Source of the DNA: Psammoneis japonica
Taxonomy: Eukaryota
NCBI GenBank assembly: GCA_008632985.1
Contig: QPGO01000034.1
Location: forward strand, 449,311-513,310
Direction of reading: 5' to 3'
Length of the DNA: 64,000 nucleotides
Shown here: piece after piece, positions 21,379-33,122 of the stretch
Position numbering within the stretch: position 1 is the first letter of the stretch
Layout of the letters: each line of letters begins with the position of its first letter
Made by a program: the position numbers and the translations under genes
Notes under the pieces: model-generated
Database searches by the model: none
Told to the model about the DNA's origin: nothing
What the model saw: only the letters and a program-made list of their open reading frames with translations

Positions 21379-23994
21379 CTACTGTGAATAGTGGAGTCTT
21401 TGTCCGGTACGACAGGTGCTACCAAAGCGAGCGTCAAGCGCTGCCTGAAAATCAACAAAACTTATCTTGGCGTTGACTTCTGTTTCCCCTCGGTCAATAA
21501 GCCTTCTGACACTAACCAGGGACGCTTCTTGGCAGACAGCTACCAAGTCTGCTGCCGTCGCCAAATTGCTCCTGGCAACAAAATCGGCTAACTCGTGAGG
21601 ATTTGACGGTCTACCCTCTGAATGCGCTTCCAAATCTAAAGGAAGAGCTAGAACGTGCTCCAGTACGAGGCGCTGCCTTGCCTCAAAGTCGGGATGTTCT
21701 ATGTGTACTGTCTTCTCGAGTCTTCCCGGTCGAAGCAGGGCCGGGTCAATCATGTTTGGGTATTGTGATATTCCAATCACTGCAATGCCGCCACCAGCTC
21801 GTTTGGGAGACGCGTTTGTTGAGAGACTTTCGTTAACACCATCCAATTCAGTCAACAGGGTTGAGAGCATACGATCCATCGTGCCCTCAGTTGTATTGTC
21901 GTTCCCTCTCACTGCAGCAATGTTTTCGATTCCGTCCATTAGAAGGATACACGGTGCCGCAGCTCTCGCGGCTAAAAAAAGTCGCTTCAATGCGCGTTCG
22001 GAACCGCCTACTTCTTTGTGTACCAACGATGTGCAGCTGACGTCCAAAAGTGTTAAAGAATCCAGTATGCTGGCGGCAAACTTTGCACAATGACGGGCCA
22101 ACATACTCTTTCCACTGCCGCTGGGACCAGTGAGCAGAACTCCCGCACACATACCCTCTCTACTAGAGGACTGGCTTGAACCAAACATTATCTCATCAAA
22201 AGCCTTGGATCGACACAGTGGAGTCACAATGAGGCGCTTCAATTGTCTCCACGCCTCCATTGCGGCATCCCCATACATGGGAAGTTCAACGGGAAGCTTT
22301 TCGTCCATCAACAGGTCGCGGGCATTGGAAACACTCATATCTGCATAATCGAGTGAGCCGCTGCGAAGAGACTCGGGAAGAAGACTTCTCAACGAAGCTA
22401 GCATAGAATGAAGTACATTGACGTCGTTAGCGATTTGGCGTCCAACGCTTCCGGCGTATTTGGAGCCTTTCAGATTTATCGCTCGTCTGCAGTACTGAGC
22501 TATCTCCGCGAATGACCTTCCGATGGTTTCCTCGACAAGTTTCGAGAGCAGCTCCTGGACTTGGGTATCATGGTGGGTTGTAAGCCCCAAACCGGAGATA
22601 ATCATAGCTTTACGGGCAATGTCAGCGGGGGGCTCTAATACAAAAACTTTGTCAAATCGATTCACCATATCAACGGAGCTATCACGGGCTGAACATACAA
22701 CAAGTACGTCACATCCACACGCGTTCATTCGCTCCTGTGAGCAAATGCCTTGGCGAATACTGTCCATGATACCAAAGAGAGTTGCCTTTGTACGCACGGC
22801 AACATGCGACGCTTCTCCACTATATATTGGCAGACCTTGGGGCCGCGCTGCGTTATCCCCAATCACATGTTCAATGTCATCAAGAACGACAATGCACCGC
22901 CCCGAATGTGCCTGAGCGCATTCAAACAGTGAGATAAAGCTATCCTCGATTTCGCCGACGGTCCTCCCCATCAAATCGAGCGGTATTGACGGTCGAATTA
23001 GTCTCACTGAGACTGAATGAACGGTATTCATGTTATCTACTTTGCGTTCAACCTCATCGCAAAGATAACTCTTTCCACTTCCCTGATCTCCAATTATCAA
23101 AAGAAAGGTTATGTTGTGGGTGTGATTCGAGCGATCATCGCCAAGAAAGATATCAACAGCCTCGCCAATTGTTTGGGCTTGATCCAACCAACTCGTTGTC
23201 CCGCATGGGACATGTTTCTCAACAAAACTTTGCAGGTTTGAACTTATGCTGGGACAACCCATTTCAAGAATATTTTCATCTGACGCTGGAATTCCTCTAC
23301 TATGAACTTTATCGATGACGGTTGGAAGAAGATTCCAGTAGTCTTTCTCTAGAAACGTTCTTTCACTGATGATTCGATTCCATTGGCCAATTCTCTTCGT
23401 ATCTATTTCTGTTTGATCAAAACCAGATTCTTTGCCATCATATATCCTGGACAGCAACATAAGGATGTCATTCAACATTGTTTCTTCAACATTAAGCTGG
23501 TGGTGATACTGCGAAAGAAGTTGTCGGATGAAATGCATCTGTTGCACGTAGAGCGAAGGATGCGTAGAGGAAACAGCAGCAATCGTTCGGCACATGTTTT
23601 CGAGTTGCTGCTGAATCTGTAACATTGTTCTTCGCTCGGATTTAATCAAGTCGGCGAAGTCCTTACTGATGAGACGTATCTCTAGTGCTGAAACTTCTAG
23701 TTGAATCAGCGCAGACTCGTTTTCATCTGAGTGCGTCAAAGAAACGCCCTCATGTGCTCTAGCTGGAATCTCGCGTGGCAACCTAGATTCTGAAACAAAT
23801 TTAGAAAGCCTCTCTAGGCTGATGACTAACTTCTGTCGCATCGGCCTCTCTTGTCTTTCTGTATCGACTAACAGCGGAGCTGCTCCGAGTTCGAAGAGTG
23901 ACAAAAAGATCTCCAATAGGCCATCTCGAAGCAATGAATCTGTTTCTGCATGTGCGTCCATGGCCTTCTTTTTAGGGGACTTTTTTCTCCCCAT
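21379..23994 (-). CDS. Type II AAA+ ATPase (CDC48/AFG2/PEX1-like), two AAA modules
   Basis: Walker A GDQGSGKS and GPSGSGKS; VGGSERAL, LLTELDG and IDPALLRPGRLE. Confidence 0.85.
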   Translation of the reverse strand: MGRKKSPKKKAMDAHAETDSLLRDGLLEIFLSLFELGAAPLLVDTERQERPMRQKLVISLERLSKFVSESRLPREIPARAHEGVSLTHSDENESALIQLEVSALEIRLISKDFADLIKSERRTMLQIQQQLENMCRTIAAVSSTHPSLYVQQMHFIRQLLSQYHHQLNVEETMLNDILMLLSRIYDGKESGFDQTEIDTKRIGQWNRIISERTFLEKDYWNLLPTVIDKVHSRGIPASDENILEMGCPSISSNLQSFVEKHVPCGTTSWLDQAQTIGEAVDIFLGDDRSNHTHNITFLLIIGDQGSGKSYLCDEVERKVDNMNTVHSVSVRLIRPSIPLDLMGRTVGEIEDSFISLFECAQAHSGRCIVVLDDIEHVIGDNAARPQGLPIYSGEASHVAVRTKATLFGIMDSIRQGICSQERMNACGCDVLVVCSARDSSVDMVNRFDKVFVLEPPADIARKAMIISGLGLTTHHDTQVQELLSKLVEETIGRSFAEIAQYCRRAINLKGSKYAGSVGRQIANDVNVLHSMLASLRSLLPESLRSGSLDYADMSVSNARDLLMDEKLPVELPMYGDAAMEAWRQLKRLIVTPLCRSKAFDEIMFGSSQSSSREGMCAGVLLTGPSGSGKSMLARHCAKFAASILDSLTLLDVSCTSLVHKEVGGSERALKRLFLAARAAAPCILLMDGIENIAAVRGNDNTTEGTMDRMLSTLLTELDGVNESLSTNASPKRAGGGIAVIGISQYPNMIDPALLRPGRLEKTVHIEHPDFEARQRLVLEHVLALPLDLEAHSEGRPSNPHELADFVARSNLATAADLVAVCQEASLVSVRRLIDRGETEVNAKISFVDFQAALDARFGSTCRTGQRLHYSQ

Positions 23995-26900
23995 GATGCC
24001 TCAAACGACTTGTTTTGCAAAGTCTATCTCTACTTTCTGAAGATGTTGTTGTGACTGAAGACGGCCGACCGATAACTTGAAACTCGTTCTCATTGTCGCA
24101 GGGGCGCTGCTGGCGGCTGGCGGCTCAGCCGTGGGACGGGCGGATGGCAGGACGATGAAGAGCTGGAGCTAGCGTAGCTACTGTACTACTCTACTAGCTA
24201 GAGTAGGGCCCTAGCGAGCAATGAACTCATTTCATATATTTCATCATCTTCTATGTATGCGCTACCAGAGAGTAGCGGGCCCTCTCTACTCTAGAGACAA
24301 ATGTACGCCTACATAGCATCTCTCGATGCACAGGCTCAGCACGATGCAATCTCCGCGGTGGAGAGCGATGTCAATATGGCACGAGTCGGCAAGGTTGAAA
24401 GCGGAGTGAGTTTGACGGCAGATGAGGCATCTCTGAAAAAACGACGAAGTCACCAAAAGCCTCCTCTTCAAAACTGGGATTCCCGTCTCCCTTAAACGGC
24501 TCTAATGCTTACAAACAGAAACAGAAGTATTTAGAGACCATTTTCTCTACTAAAAAATAATTTGAAGCTACCATGTCGATTAAGCGAGCTATTTTATTTG
24601 TCTGTTCCTGTGTCTACCACACAGACCTGTGAAAATTTCGGAGAAGTCAACCAAATCTGTGAACATTTGCGGTGGCATCATAATCCGTGAATCGCATCCT
24701 CGATCAAAGGTCATTTATGTGCTGTGTCATAGCTGTGATTATTGGACACTTTGAGGTAAACCAAGTTCGCAAACGCAATCGTTTCGGTCTCACGTCTTTT
24801 GCCGGCGGTGAAAGCGCGGGCTTGTGGAGGAGCGTCCTTGTCTTGCTCGGGATGGGTTAAAACCAAGGTCGCTCATGTCATCCAATCGCGATAGACTGCG
24901 GATAGTTATTTCAGAGGGTCTTGGGTTTCTGGGGCTGCCACCACGAAGAGATGGGAGGCGAAATACCCGTCGTCGTTGGCTGGATGAAGAACTCGAATTT
25001 CCTCGCACCGATGTACGAAACTGCTGCGACGCATGTTTTTGATGGAAGGAGGACCAACTCTCTTGAGTCATGACTTTTCTTGTTGCTGGGAGCGAGAAGA
25101 GGCAACGAAGATACCGGTATGCAGTACAATATGGAATCGACTCGTAACAGAAATTGAAAATGTGAGAGAGAACCGAAATTGAAAGTTGTTACAGTATTTG
25201 GGCTTCCGATTTTTTTGAAATCTTCGATGTCACCGCCCTCGCCGTGTACATTTCTACGCACCTCTCGGTACTTGGAAATGAATCATATATCACCACGTCA
25301 TCTTACATACGTCATGGTGATGTAGCAGATGGCGGTATTCGTTCTCCGCCACGACACACGTCACGGCAGAAAAAAAAGGCCAGCAAGTTGCGTAGCAGCT
25401 GGTATATTTTCTACGGGAATCGCGCCAGCCAAAATCGGAATTCCAAAAAATATCAACCCAAAATTTCGTTCATGCAGTAACACTGTTGGTCCACCGTATC
25501 ATAATAGTAGGAGTATGATACAAGAGTACTGTACGTAGCGCCGTGTTGGCCGTTCGTTGACTGATGGCAGCAGTCGAAAAGGGATGTACTGTACAGTTTA
25601 TGTGAGCAGATTCCGGTTGATTCGTTTCCAGCATGTAGCGAGGAGCAGGAGAAGTAAGTTGACAATTTTGTTGTTCGGTAGGCGTACATAATTTAGGTGG
25701 CACAGGTCACGGGCCTCGAAGAACAAGCAGAATCGACTTTTTCCTGTGTACGAGTGGCGCAGCGATGCGACGTTAACTTTTGCCGGTGACCAGGGCTCAA
25801 TTTCTCGGTTCTCAAGTCTTGCTTCATTGCATTTCTTTCCATGAGAATGGAGGCCAGACACTCTGGGAGAGGAACGTTTGTCGGAAAGCATGGTTGCCGG
25901 CGTCTTGTTGGCTTTGCGATCCTTCATTCTCGCTGTCCTTAAGGCTGATTTTCATGAAAATGCTACAAAGAGTTACTCGCGTCACCCTTGCATCTTCAGA
26001 ACGCACTTGGTGCTTCTACCATTGGAATCATACGAGTCATAACGGCGACACAATATCATGCTTCTCTCACTCCTTCTTTCCTTCGTTGACTTGAGTATCA
26101 GCTATAGAAACTGCAAGAGTAAGTGGGAAGAAGGAACTCTCCATGTCATCGGTGGGAGAGAAGATTACTGTACATGTTCGATGCGACAGAGTTCATTGCG
26201 TATGGGAAAATTATTCCAAAGTCTAGCTTTGGCTTCATCCATGCATTGATCTCTCCCATTGGAGACTTGCTGCCACCTCATGTTCTCCTCAGAAGTCTTA
26301 AAGCTGACGACCCTTTGATGTCGCTTAATGATTTTTCTCTTTACAGGATCGACATCAAGGTGCCAGGAGGTGTGTCTTCCCCGCTTGACAGATTTTTCAA
26401 TGGTTGGCCTGCGAGAGACTGGTAAAAATCATTTGCTATGCGGGGCGAAGCTTGCGCAAACTCAGCGAGAAGATAGCAAGGCTGCTGGTTTTATCGGGTG
26501 AGTGGTATGAGATCGCGATAGGCCGTCGTTCTTTCCACACACCACAGATTCGCATTGCTGATGCGTGAAGCTTCGCGTTTGCCGAGTGCATTCAAGAGGA
26601 GCACCCCCTCATCACATTGCCGATGTCGTCCCGGTTGCCGCTAAGCAGATCTTGGAAGAGAAACAAGCTCGTGATAATCATACCACAGATCGATTGCCAA
26701 GGCAGATGCTGACATGGAATCGTCTCTCACGACGTAAGTTGGAGTTTCAGTGTGGCGCGGTTCGAGATGAGGGCAATCTTTGTATGGCGGTTTGCCGAAG
26801 CCGCCGCTGCGTATAACTTGCGAAAGCAATGCACGTCATAGAGGGTCTGTGCGAAAATATCGACAAATGGATATGATGCACTTTATTTCCATTACAACTT

Positions 26901-27132
26901 TTGAACAAACGGGAGTCACCTCATAACTTTAATCTAATGCTGTTGCACAAATCAAGTAGCGCTTACCCTGTATCTTGTTCTAGAGCAGGAATGGGCTTGA
27001 CGGGACAAGGTCAAAAGCCGTGGCGGCACAGTGGAATTGAATCAACGAGAAGACACAAGAAAGAGAGTGGTAGCTTTCTCGGGACACATCCAACAATTTC
27101 GCTTGAGAATCCCTTGCTACGATGATCTCTAG

Positions 27133-29166
27133 CTAGTTACCAACGCTATCTAAGCATTCCTGTAGTATGGAAAACGGCAATCCAGAAATGATAGCCCAAA
27201 CAAAGCACGGAATTGTTGATGCCAGAGCTACGAGTGGCTTTTGCAGTGCGCGGGTAATGATTGCCGACAGCGTCTGCGGTACTGGTGTCAGTCTGGTTAC
27301 GCTCCGTTTGTTTTTCGTAGCTTTGTCCGTAGCTGTATCATCTACAAACACGTTTTGTCCCGAGGCGCCACATAAGGCACTAAATGTCGGATCGAGTTGC
27401 TCTTGCAAATAAATGCTCTCAGTGAACCAGCCAGGAGAACATACGCGCAAAATGCATGTACCCAAAGGAAAAAGCTTCACTGATACAAAAACAGCCCATG
27501 TCGTCACAAGCAAATAAAGAACCAGGAGGTAGAGAGCCGTGAAGAAAGCGTAGTACACCAGAATAGTCGTAAAGAGAAAAAGAAGCATTGAGAAGAGGAC
27601 AACTCCAAGGAGAAGTTGAGTTGAATCGTACTCCATTGTGTCATTCCGATGCCTCAGGACATTTCTCTTCTTGCCTCGAAACAGGAGCCACAGTGATGAA
27701 AGGAGATACAACTGTGCCCGATGCATGCTTCTGAAGCAGTTGGCGAATACGGCAATGTGAATCGTAAAGATGCGAATTACATCAAACACAAGGGCCAATA
27801 GAGCCAAAAGTCCAAACAACATTCCAAAGCCGGCGGTAACCAACAACATGCACCGTTTCGTCGTGTCTTTTAGCAAGAGAGAAGTGATCCAGTCATGAGA
27901 GTCGACCAACAGGTTGATCTCGCTGCCCATATTTGTTGTCAAGGGGACGTTGAGCTTGAATCCTGCAGGGAAGGTTTCAAGCCATCCAATGTTATCACGA
28001 AGCATTCGATTGTGGAGAGAGTTCCACACGTTCCCCAAGATTCCGAGCAAGGTGTCCGCGGACGACCATATGAGAACACCCGAAACCATCCCCAAGAAGC
28101 TATCGACTGCAGTTTTCGACAATACTTCAAATTGTGCAATGGCGGTTTTCGAAGCGAGTTGACTCGGAACAAAAGGCATGACGGTTTGTCGACGGTACAG
28201 GTCTTGTTTGCTGCTGACCTTTAGGTCAAACAAGAGCCACAAAAGACATGCAAGAGGGAATGGTCGAAGAAGAGAAGGAATCGATCGGCACCTATGTAGT
28301 TTTGCGTAAGATTCTGGTTGGTTGAAAGACCAGTGTCTCGCAAGCATTGAGGTCCGGATAACGGCTTTTCTCAATTGTTTACTCAAGTTGCAGCTTTCAT
28401 CCTTCCCGTGTTCCAATATCTGGTCATGGTGCGTCGCGAGCTCTTTAGTTCCAAGTTGTTCAGTAGTACTACTCCCTTCTGGAGGAGTAGCTGTTACTTC
28501 GTGACTTTGTGTTGATGCCAGGTCAGACTCCAAGATTGTTTGAAAAGAGTCAAACACATGCTTCGCCTCACTCATCCTAAGAAGTGTTCTGACAAATCCC
28601 GTGACGCAATAACCATCAAAATCACTTGGACTCCAAGGAGCACTTTGTCGATAATATGAAAGGACGTCGCACGGATCAAAAATCAATAGTTGAGCGGAGC
28701 TGGAAGACTCCTCGTCGTGCTGTTTCCACCAAGGTCCCAAATTCGTTGGTACTATGCGCAATAATTCAGTTTCTTTCACTAAGTCGCTCTCGCTCTGACA
28801 CCACAGGGCGACAAGTTTAAATCTCTTGATGCATACACAGGAAACGCAGAAGCATTCACCCTTTGTAGTCTCCGGGATCTCCTTTCGTTGGTGTTCTCCT
28901 CCGATACATTCAAACTGTTTCGCCCAAATCTCCAACACTTTTCCAATGCGTTCCTCGTGAACCACAAAAGTCTCAGTTCCCACCGACAATCTTATTGGAA
29001 CAATACCAGCGCATATTGTTGTTCTTGTAGCGACCAACGACGACTCTTGTTGCTTATCTTCCCATCCCAAAACGTAGCCGTGTTGTACGTCGAGGTCGGA
29101 AGTGGAAGTTGGCCAGACGAGAATGGTATTTGATCGTTGCAAGCTTTCTCTCTTCGACACTGTCAT
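27133..29166 (-). CDS. PIGQ: GPI-GlcNAc transferase subunit PIG-Q/Gpi1
   Basis: WL..PAGFKLN, SLWLLFRGKKRNVLR.R.D and QLLLG.LF..L.FL..T...YY motifs. Confidence 0.9.
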   Translation of the reverse strand: MTVSKRESLQRSNTILVWPTSTSDLDVQHGYVLGWEDKQQESSLVATRTTICAGIVPIRLSVGTETFVVHEERIGKVLEIWAKQFECIGGEHQRKEIPETTKGECFCVSCVCIKRFKLVALWCQSESDLVKETELLRIVPTNLGPWWKQHDEESSSSAQLLIFDPCDVLSYYRQSAPWSPSDFDGYCVTGFVRTLLRMSEAKHVFDSFQTILESDLASTQSHEVTATPPEGSSTTEQLGTKELATHHDQILEHGKDESCNLSKQLRKAVIRTSMLARHWSFNQPESYAKLHRCRSIPSLLRPFPLACLLWLLFDLKVSSKQDLYRRQTVMPFVPSQLASKTAIAQFEVLSKTAVDSFLGMVSGVLIWSSADTLLGILGNVWNSLHNRMLRDNIGWLETFPAGFKLNVPLTTNMGSEINLLVDSHDWITSLLLKDTTKRCMLLVTAGFGMLFGLLALLALVFDVIRIFTIHIAVFANCFRSMHRAQLYLLSSLWLLFRGKKRNVLRHRNDTMEYDSTQLLLGVVLFSMLLFLFTTILVYYAFFTALYLLVLYLLVTTWAVFVSVKLFPLGTCILRVCSPGWFTESIYLQEQLDPTFSALCGASGQNVFVDDTATDKATKNKRSVTRLTPVPQTLSAIITRALQKPLVALASTIPCFVWAIISGLPFSILQECLDSVGN

Positions 29167-29646
29167 TTCGACATTACCTGGTAGCACATTCTCGACTCAC
29201 TTAATAATAAGATTTGTAGGTTGATGATGACTATGGACTATGATGAGCTGATGGCGAGATGGAGAGTGAAGCGAGAAGCGAGGAGGGGTCGATGGACAGG
29301 GCGCAAGACACAACGCCGGATGCATTCTTTTTGGAATTTTGATTATTTCAATTTGTCGATCTTCTCTACGAGTGTCATACCAACGCAAGATCAGTACTGA
29401 GTGCTACGGAAAAGAAAATGGCGCGAAAGTTGTGATTTAACGGTTTTGTGTGTAATGTACACGGACTAGTACTGGCACGCCGGCGCCACCATGAGCAAGC
29501 TCTCGGCATCTCGGCTCTGTCTATCGGAGCGCAATCACCCCATGCCATTGGGATCCCATAACAACAAAGCAGACAGCACAGCAACAACAACAACAACACA
29601 TATACCGGCACCAGAACGACAGCAGGAGCGCACAATACCAGAAACC

Positions 29647-30853
29647 ATGAGCACCGAGGACGCTACTGTCGATAAGAAAGAGGAAAAGGGGACTAAACGA
29701 AAAAAAGACGGCACTGGAGGGTATGAAATGCCATGGGTGGAGAGGTATCGCCCCAGAACCTTGGACGACGTCGTTGGTAACGAGGAGACGCTGGTTAGAC
29801 TTCGCGCCATTGCCGAGGATGGAAACATGCCTAATCTTATTCTTTGTGGACCTCCGGGAACGGGAAAGGTGTGTTTTGTATGCGACTCGTTTTCGTTTGT
29901 CTTGATCTTTCTCTCACGTTTTGCTGCGTGTGATGTTTCAGACGACGAGTGTTCATGCTCTTGCGAGGCAATTGCTCGGACCATCTTATTCCAATGGAGT
30001 GCTTGAGTTGAATGCTTCGGATGCAAGAGGAATTGATGTAAGTTCTTTCCGTTTATTCGTTTTCTGTTTGTGTTATGCTGCCGACATGTTGACTGACGCT
30101 CTTTCTGCGTTTCTGGAACTCGTACTACCAATACAGGTTGTTCGAAACAAAATCAAGGGATTCGCAATGAACAAAGTAAGCCTTCCTCCGGGCACGCATA
30201 AAATCATCATTTTGGATGAGGCCGATAGCATGACGAGCGCCGCTCAGCAGGCCCTTCGCCGAACCATGGAAGTCTACTCGAGCACGACTCGCTTTGCACT
30301 GGCATGCAACGTGTCTACAAAAATCATTGAGCCCATTCAAAGTCGTGCTGCGATTCTCAGGTACAGTCGTCTAAGTGATGAGCAAGTGTTGACGAGGGTA
30401 CGTCAAGTGTGTGAATTTGAAAAAGTCAGCTATTCGGATGATGGATTGGAAGCTATTATCTTTACAGCCGAGGGCGACATGCGCAATGCCTTGAACAATC
30501 TTCAAGCGACTCACTCGGGTTTTAGTCATGTCAACCAAGCCAATGTTTTCAAGGTTTGTGATCAGCCACATCCCACCACGGTCCGCACGATTATCAATAG
30601 CTGTATCAAGGGTGACACCAAACAAGCGGTTGATCTTATGCGTGCCCTCTGGGAATCGGGTTATAGTTGCAGCGACATTATTGGCACCCTTTTCAAGGTC
30701 ACCAAATCTCACGACATGCCAGAAGGACTCAAGTTGGAATATCTTAGAGAGATTGGATTTGTCCACATGAGGATTGCTGATGGGGTCAATACTTTGTTGC
30801 AGTTGCTCGGGCTCGTGTCTCGGCTATGCCTCAAAGTGGAGACCAAGGACTAA
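29647..30853 (+). CDS. RFC2: Replication factor C subunit 2 (yeast Rfc4 type), 3 exons
   Basis: [36 protein letters not shown] and [10 protein letters not shown]. Introns at ~29869-29941 and ~30038-30136. Confidence 0.95.
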
Positions 30854-31005
30854 GCGGAGTCTAAAGTTGATGGGAACAATGTTGCCTTCGCATAGATAGT
30901 ATAGGTCGATAATGAGTAACGACCTGGCATAAGCTAATCGCGAGGGAAAAGAACAACAAAGGCATAACTACTTGACGTTAGGTTGAAGCGAAATCGTTAG
31001 TCCCA

Positions 31006-31635
31006 CTAAGAATCATAGACACTCTTATACTCGGACGTTTCGTATTCATATCCGCTGTACTCCGTGGTTTCGTAGTCTGAAATCTCATATCCTCCGCTTC
31101 CCGAGTAACCAACCTTGGGCTCCTGCTTCGAATCATCATCTTCCTTTGCTCTGTCCGTGACGGCGGTCAATTTGTCCTGCATTATTTGTACGCCTTCGGC
31201 ATCTTGTCGCTTTGCTTCCCTATTTGCTTCTTTCATTGCTTCCTTCGTATGCCACTGAATTGCTTTAATTTCGCGATTGTTTCGCTCAATGTCGACCCGC
31301 TCTTGCTCTGCAGCAATTCTGCCAGTTTGTTTGCCCTTTGCAACAGCCAAGGCTTCCCGATGTTCGCGAGACTGATCGTCATCATATGAAGGAAGGAAAG
31401 GGGCTGTGGGGATGTCTTGATATTCTTCCGCGTCGGCGGCAGGGAGGTACTCTACTTCAGTCGTGTTGTAGTCAAAGTGAGTCAGCGCGACTGCCGCTAC
31501 AGCTGCTGTTGTAGTCGTTTGAGATGTTGCACCATCTGTCACCGCAGTTGCAATCGGGATATCTGGGGGTAACAGACAACCTTCTATTTCCAAGGGGTCA
31601 CGTGGTGTCGCCATGCTGTGCAGTTCGGATGTCAT
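31006..31635 (-). CDS. Hypothetical protein
   Basis: 209-aa ORF with a coiled-coil-like middle and Tyr-rich C-terminal repeats (YETTEY..YETSEYKSVY). The start may be 31614. Confidence 0.65.
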   Translation of the reverse strand: MTSELHSMATPRDPLEIEGCLLPPDIPIATAVTDGATSQTTTTAAVAAVALTHFDYNTTEVEYLPAADAEEYQDIPTAPFLPSYDDDQSREHREALAVAKGKQTGRIAAEQERVDIERNNREIKAIQWHTKEAMKEANREAKRQDAEGVQIMQDKLTAVTDRAKEDDDSKQEPKVGYSGSGGYEISDYETTEYSGYEYETSEYKSVYDS

Positions 31636-31939
31636 CTTGTTGGGTTTGGGTGGGGGGTGGCTTGTTGCTTTGTGCGTTATTGTGTTCGATCGTGTGTTTC
31701 GTTACGTTGTGCTTGGCGATTGTTGTTCGTGTGTCTTCTAACTGAGTCACGAGTGCCACTCCCAGCTTTGAGCTTGGGAGTGCACTGAGCGCATTCGCGG
31801 CACCCAGCATACGGTAGCATCTATCCTTCTCCTACTGTAACTCGAGACTCCTTAAAGGTACGAGAGAAGCATCCGGTATCCAATTACTTGAAGACGGTGA
31901 GGATAGATAGCAGAAGCTTGCTGAGATAAGGAATGGAGG

Positions 31940-33103
31940 ATGGAGCTGTCTGGAGATCCAACCGGCAAGCACGACGAAAGCAGTAAGGAGCAAGAAAAAA
32001 CTGAAGGTGTTGATGCATCTAACGAATCCAAGTCAGATAATCTTGATGAAGCACAGCTTGGTGGACAAGAGTCATGTACTGCCAGCAGCACGAATGCAGT
32101 GCAACTTCGTGAGGACGGCAAGAGCGCTGTCGCCTCAACGTCAAAGGATGCAGAAGAAGACAAGCCGCTTTCCAAAAAGCAGCTTAAGAAAAAAAGGAGG
32201 ATGGAACAAATGAGGGAAAAGCATGCACAAAAGAAGCAGAGAGCCCGAGAAACAAAGCGTGCCAAAGCCATTGCGGAGGGTAGAGACTTGGATGAAGAGC
32301 GACGAATTCAAGAGGAACGTACAAAGTCAGGAGAAGGTTGGAAACGGCGAGAGACATTGTGGGTGGAAAAAATGAAATTGGCTGAGAACTCATTTCGTGT
32401 CTGCATAGATTGTGCATATGAAGATCAAATGACACGAAAGGAAATCAACAGTCTTGCATCGCAAATCCGGTATTGCTATGCAGCGAACAGAAAATCTGTG
32501 AAGCCTGTCTACCTGTCAGTATCGAGCCTGGCGGGAACAACCCGTGCTAACATGGATAAGGTGGAGGGCTTCCCGAAACAGTGGATGACACGAGCATTTG
32601 AGTGCAGTGACACGCTTGTAACTGATATGCATCCTAAGGAAAAGCTTGTTTACCTTACGAGCGACTCAGAGAATGAGTTAGAGTACTTGGAAGACGACAA
32701 AATCTATGTGATTGGTGGTATTGTCGACAGAAATCGACTGCAACGAGCTGCTATTACGCGTGCAGAAAAATTGGGTATAGTGACAGCGAAGCTCCCAATC
32801 GCGTCGCACTTGCGACTGTTCACAACAAAAGTACTAACATGCAACCATGTCTTCGAGATTATGCTCAAGTATCGCCAACATGACAGAGACTGGAAGAAGG
32901 CCATGCTAGACGTTTTACCGGCTCGAAAAGATGCACGAGATTTGGAGAACGACGAAAATGGTAAGTTGGAAAAGAAAGAAAGCCCCGTAGAAAATAAGGA
33001 TGCGCCGCAGCCAGGCAAGGCAGAGATTGTCGCAAGTAAGGAAAGAGATGCGGAGCCAGAGACAGCCGAGAAACCCAAAGAAAACGCGGCTTACGTAGAC
33101 TAG
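31940..33103 (+). CDS. TRM10: tRNA (guanine-N1 at position 9) methyltransferase Trm10
   Basis: SLASQIRYCYAANR, LVYLTSDS, YVIGGIVDRNR and KVLTCNHVFEI. Confidence 0.93.
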   Translation: MELSGDPTGKHDESSKEQEKTEGVDASNESKSDNLDEAQLGGQESCTASSTNAVQLREDGKSAVASTSKDAEEDKPLSKKQLKKKRRMEQMREKHAQKKQRARETKRAKAIAEGRDLDEERRIQEERTKSGEGWKRRETLWVEKMKLAENSFRVCIDCAYEDQMTRKEINSLASQIRYCYAANRKSVKPVYLSVSSLAGTTRANMDKVEGFPKQWMTRAFECSDTLVTDMHPKEKLVYLTSDSENELEYLEDDKIYVIGGIVDRNRLQRAAITRAEKLGIVTAKLPIASHLRLFTTKVLTCNHVFEIMLKYRQHDRDWKKAMLDVLPARKDARDLENDENGKLEKKESPVENKDAPQPGKAEIVASKERDAEPETAEKPKENAAYVD

Positions 33104-33122
33104 AAGTAGCTGCTACTGTATC

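Noticed and set aside
24301..25689. 12-bp inverted match ATGTACGCCTAC / GTAGGCGTACAT, and hairpin GTATCATA..TATGATAC (~25497-25521), as element ends
   Set aside because: No TSD and too short to exclude chance; no coding support.
24790..27125. Short ORFs between the AAA ATPase and PIG-Q
   Set aside because: No recognisable domain and no coherent exon chain could be built by eye.
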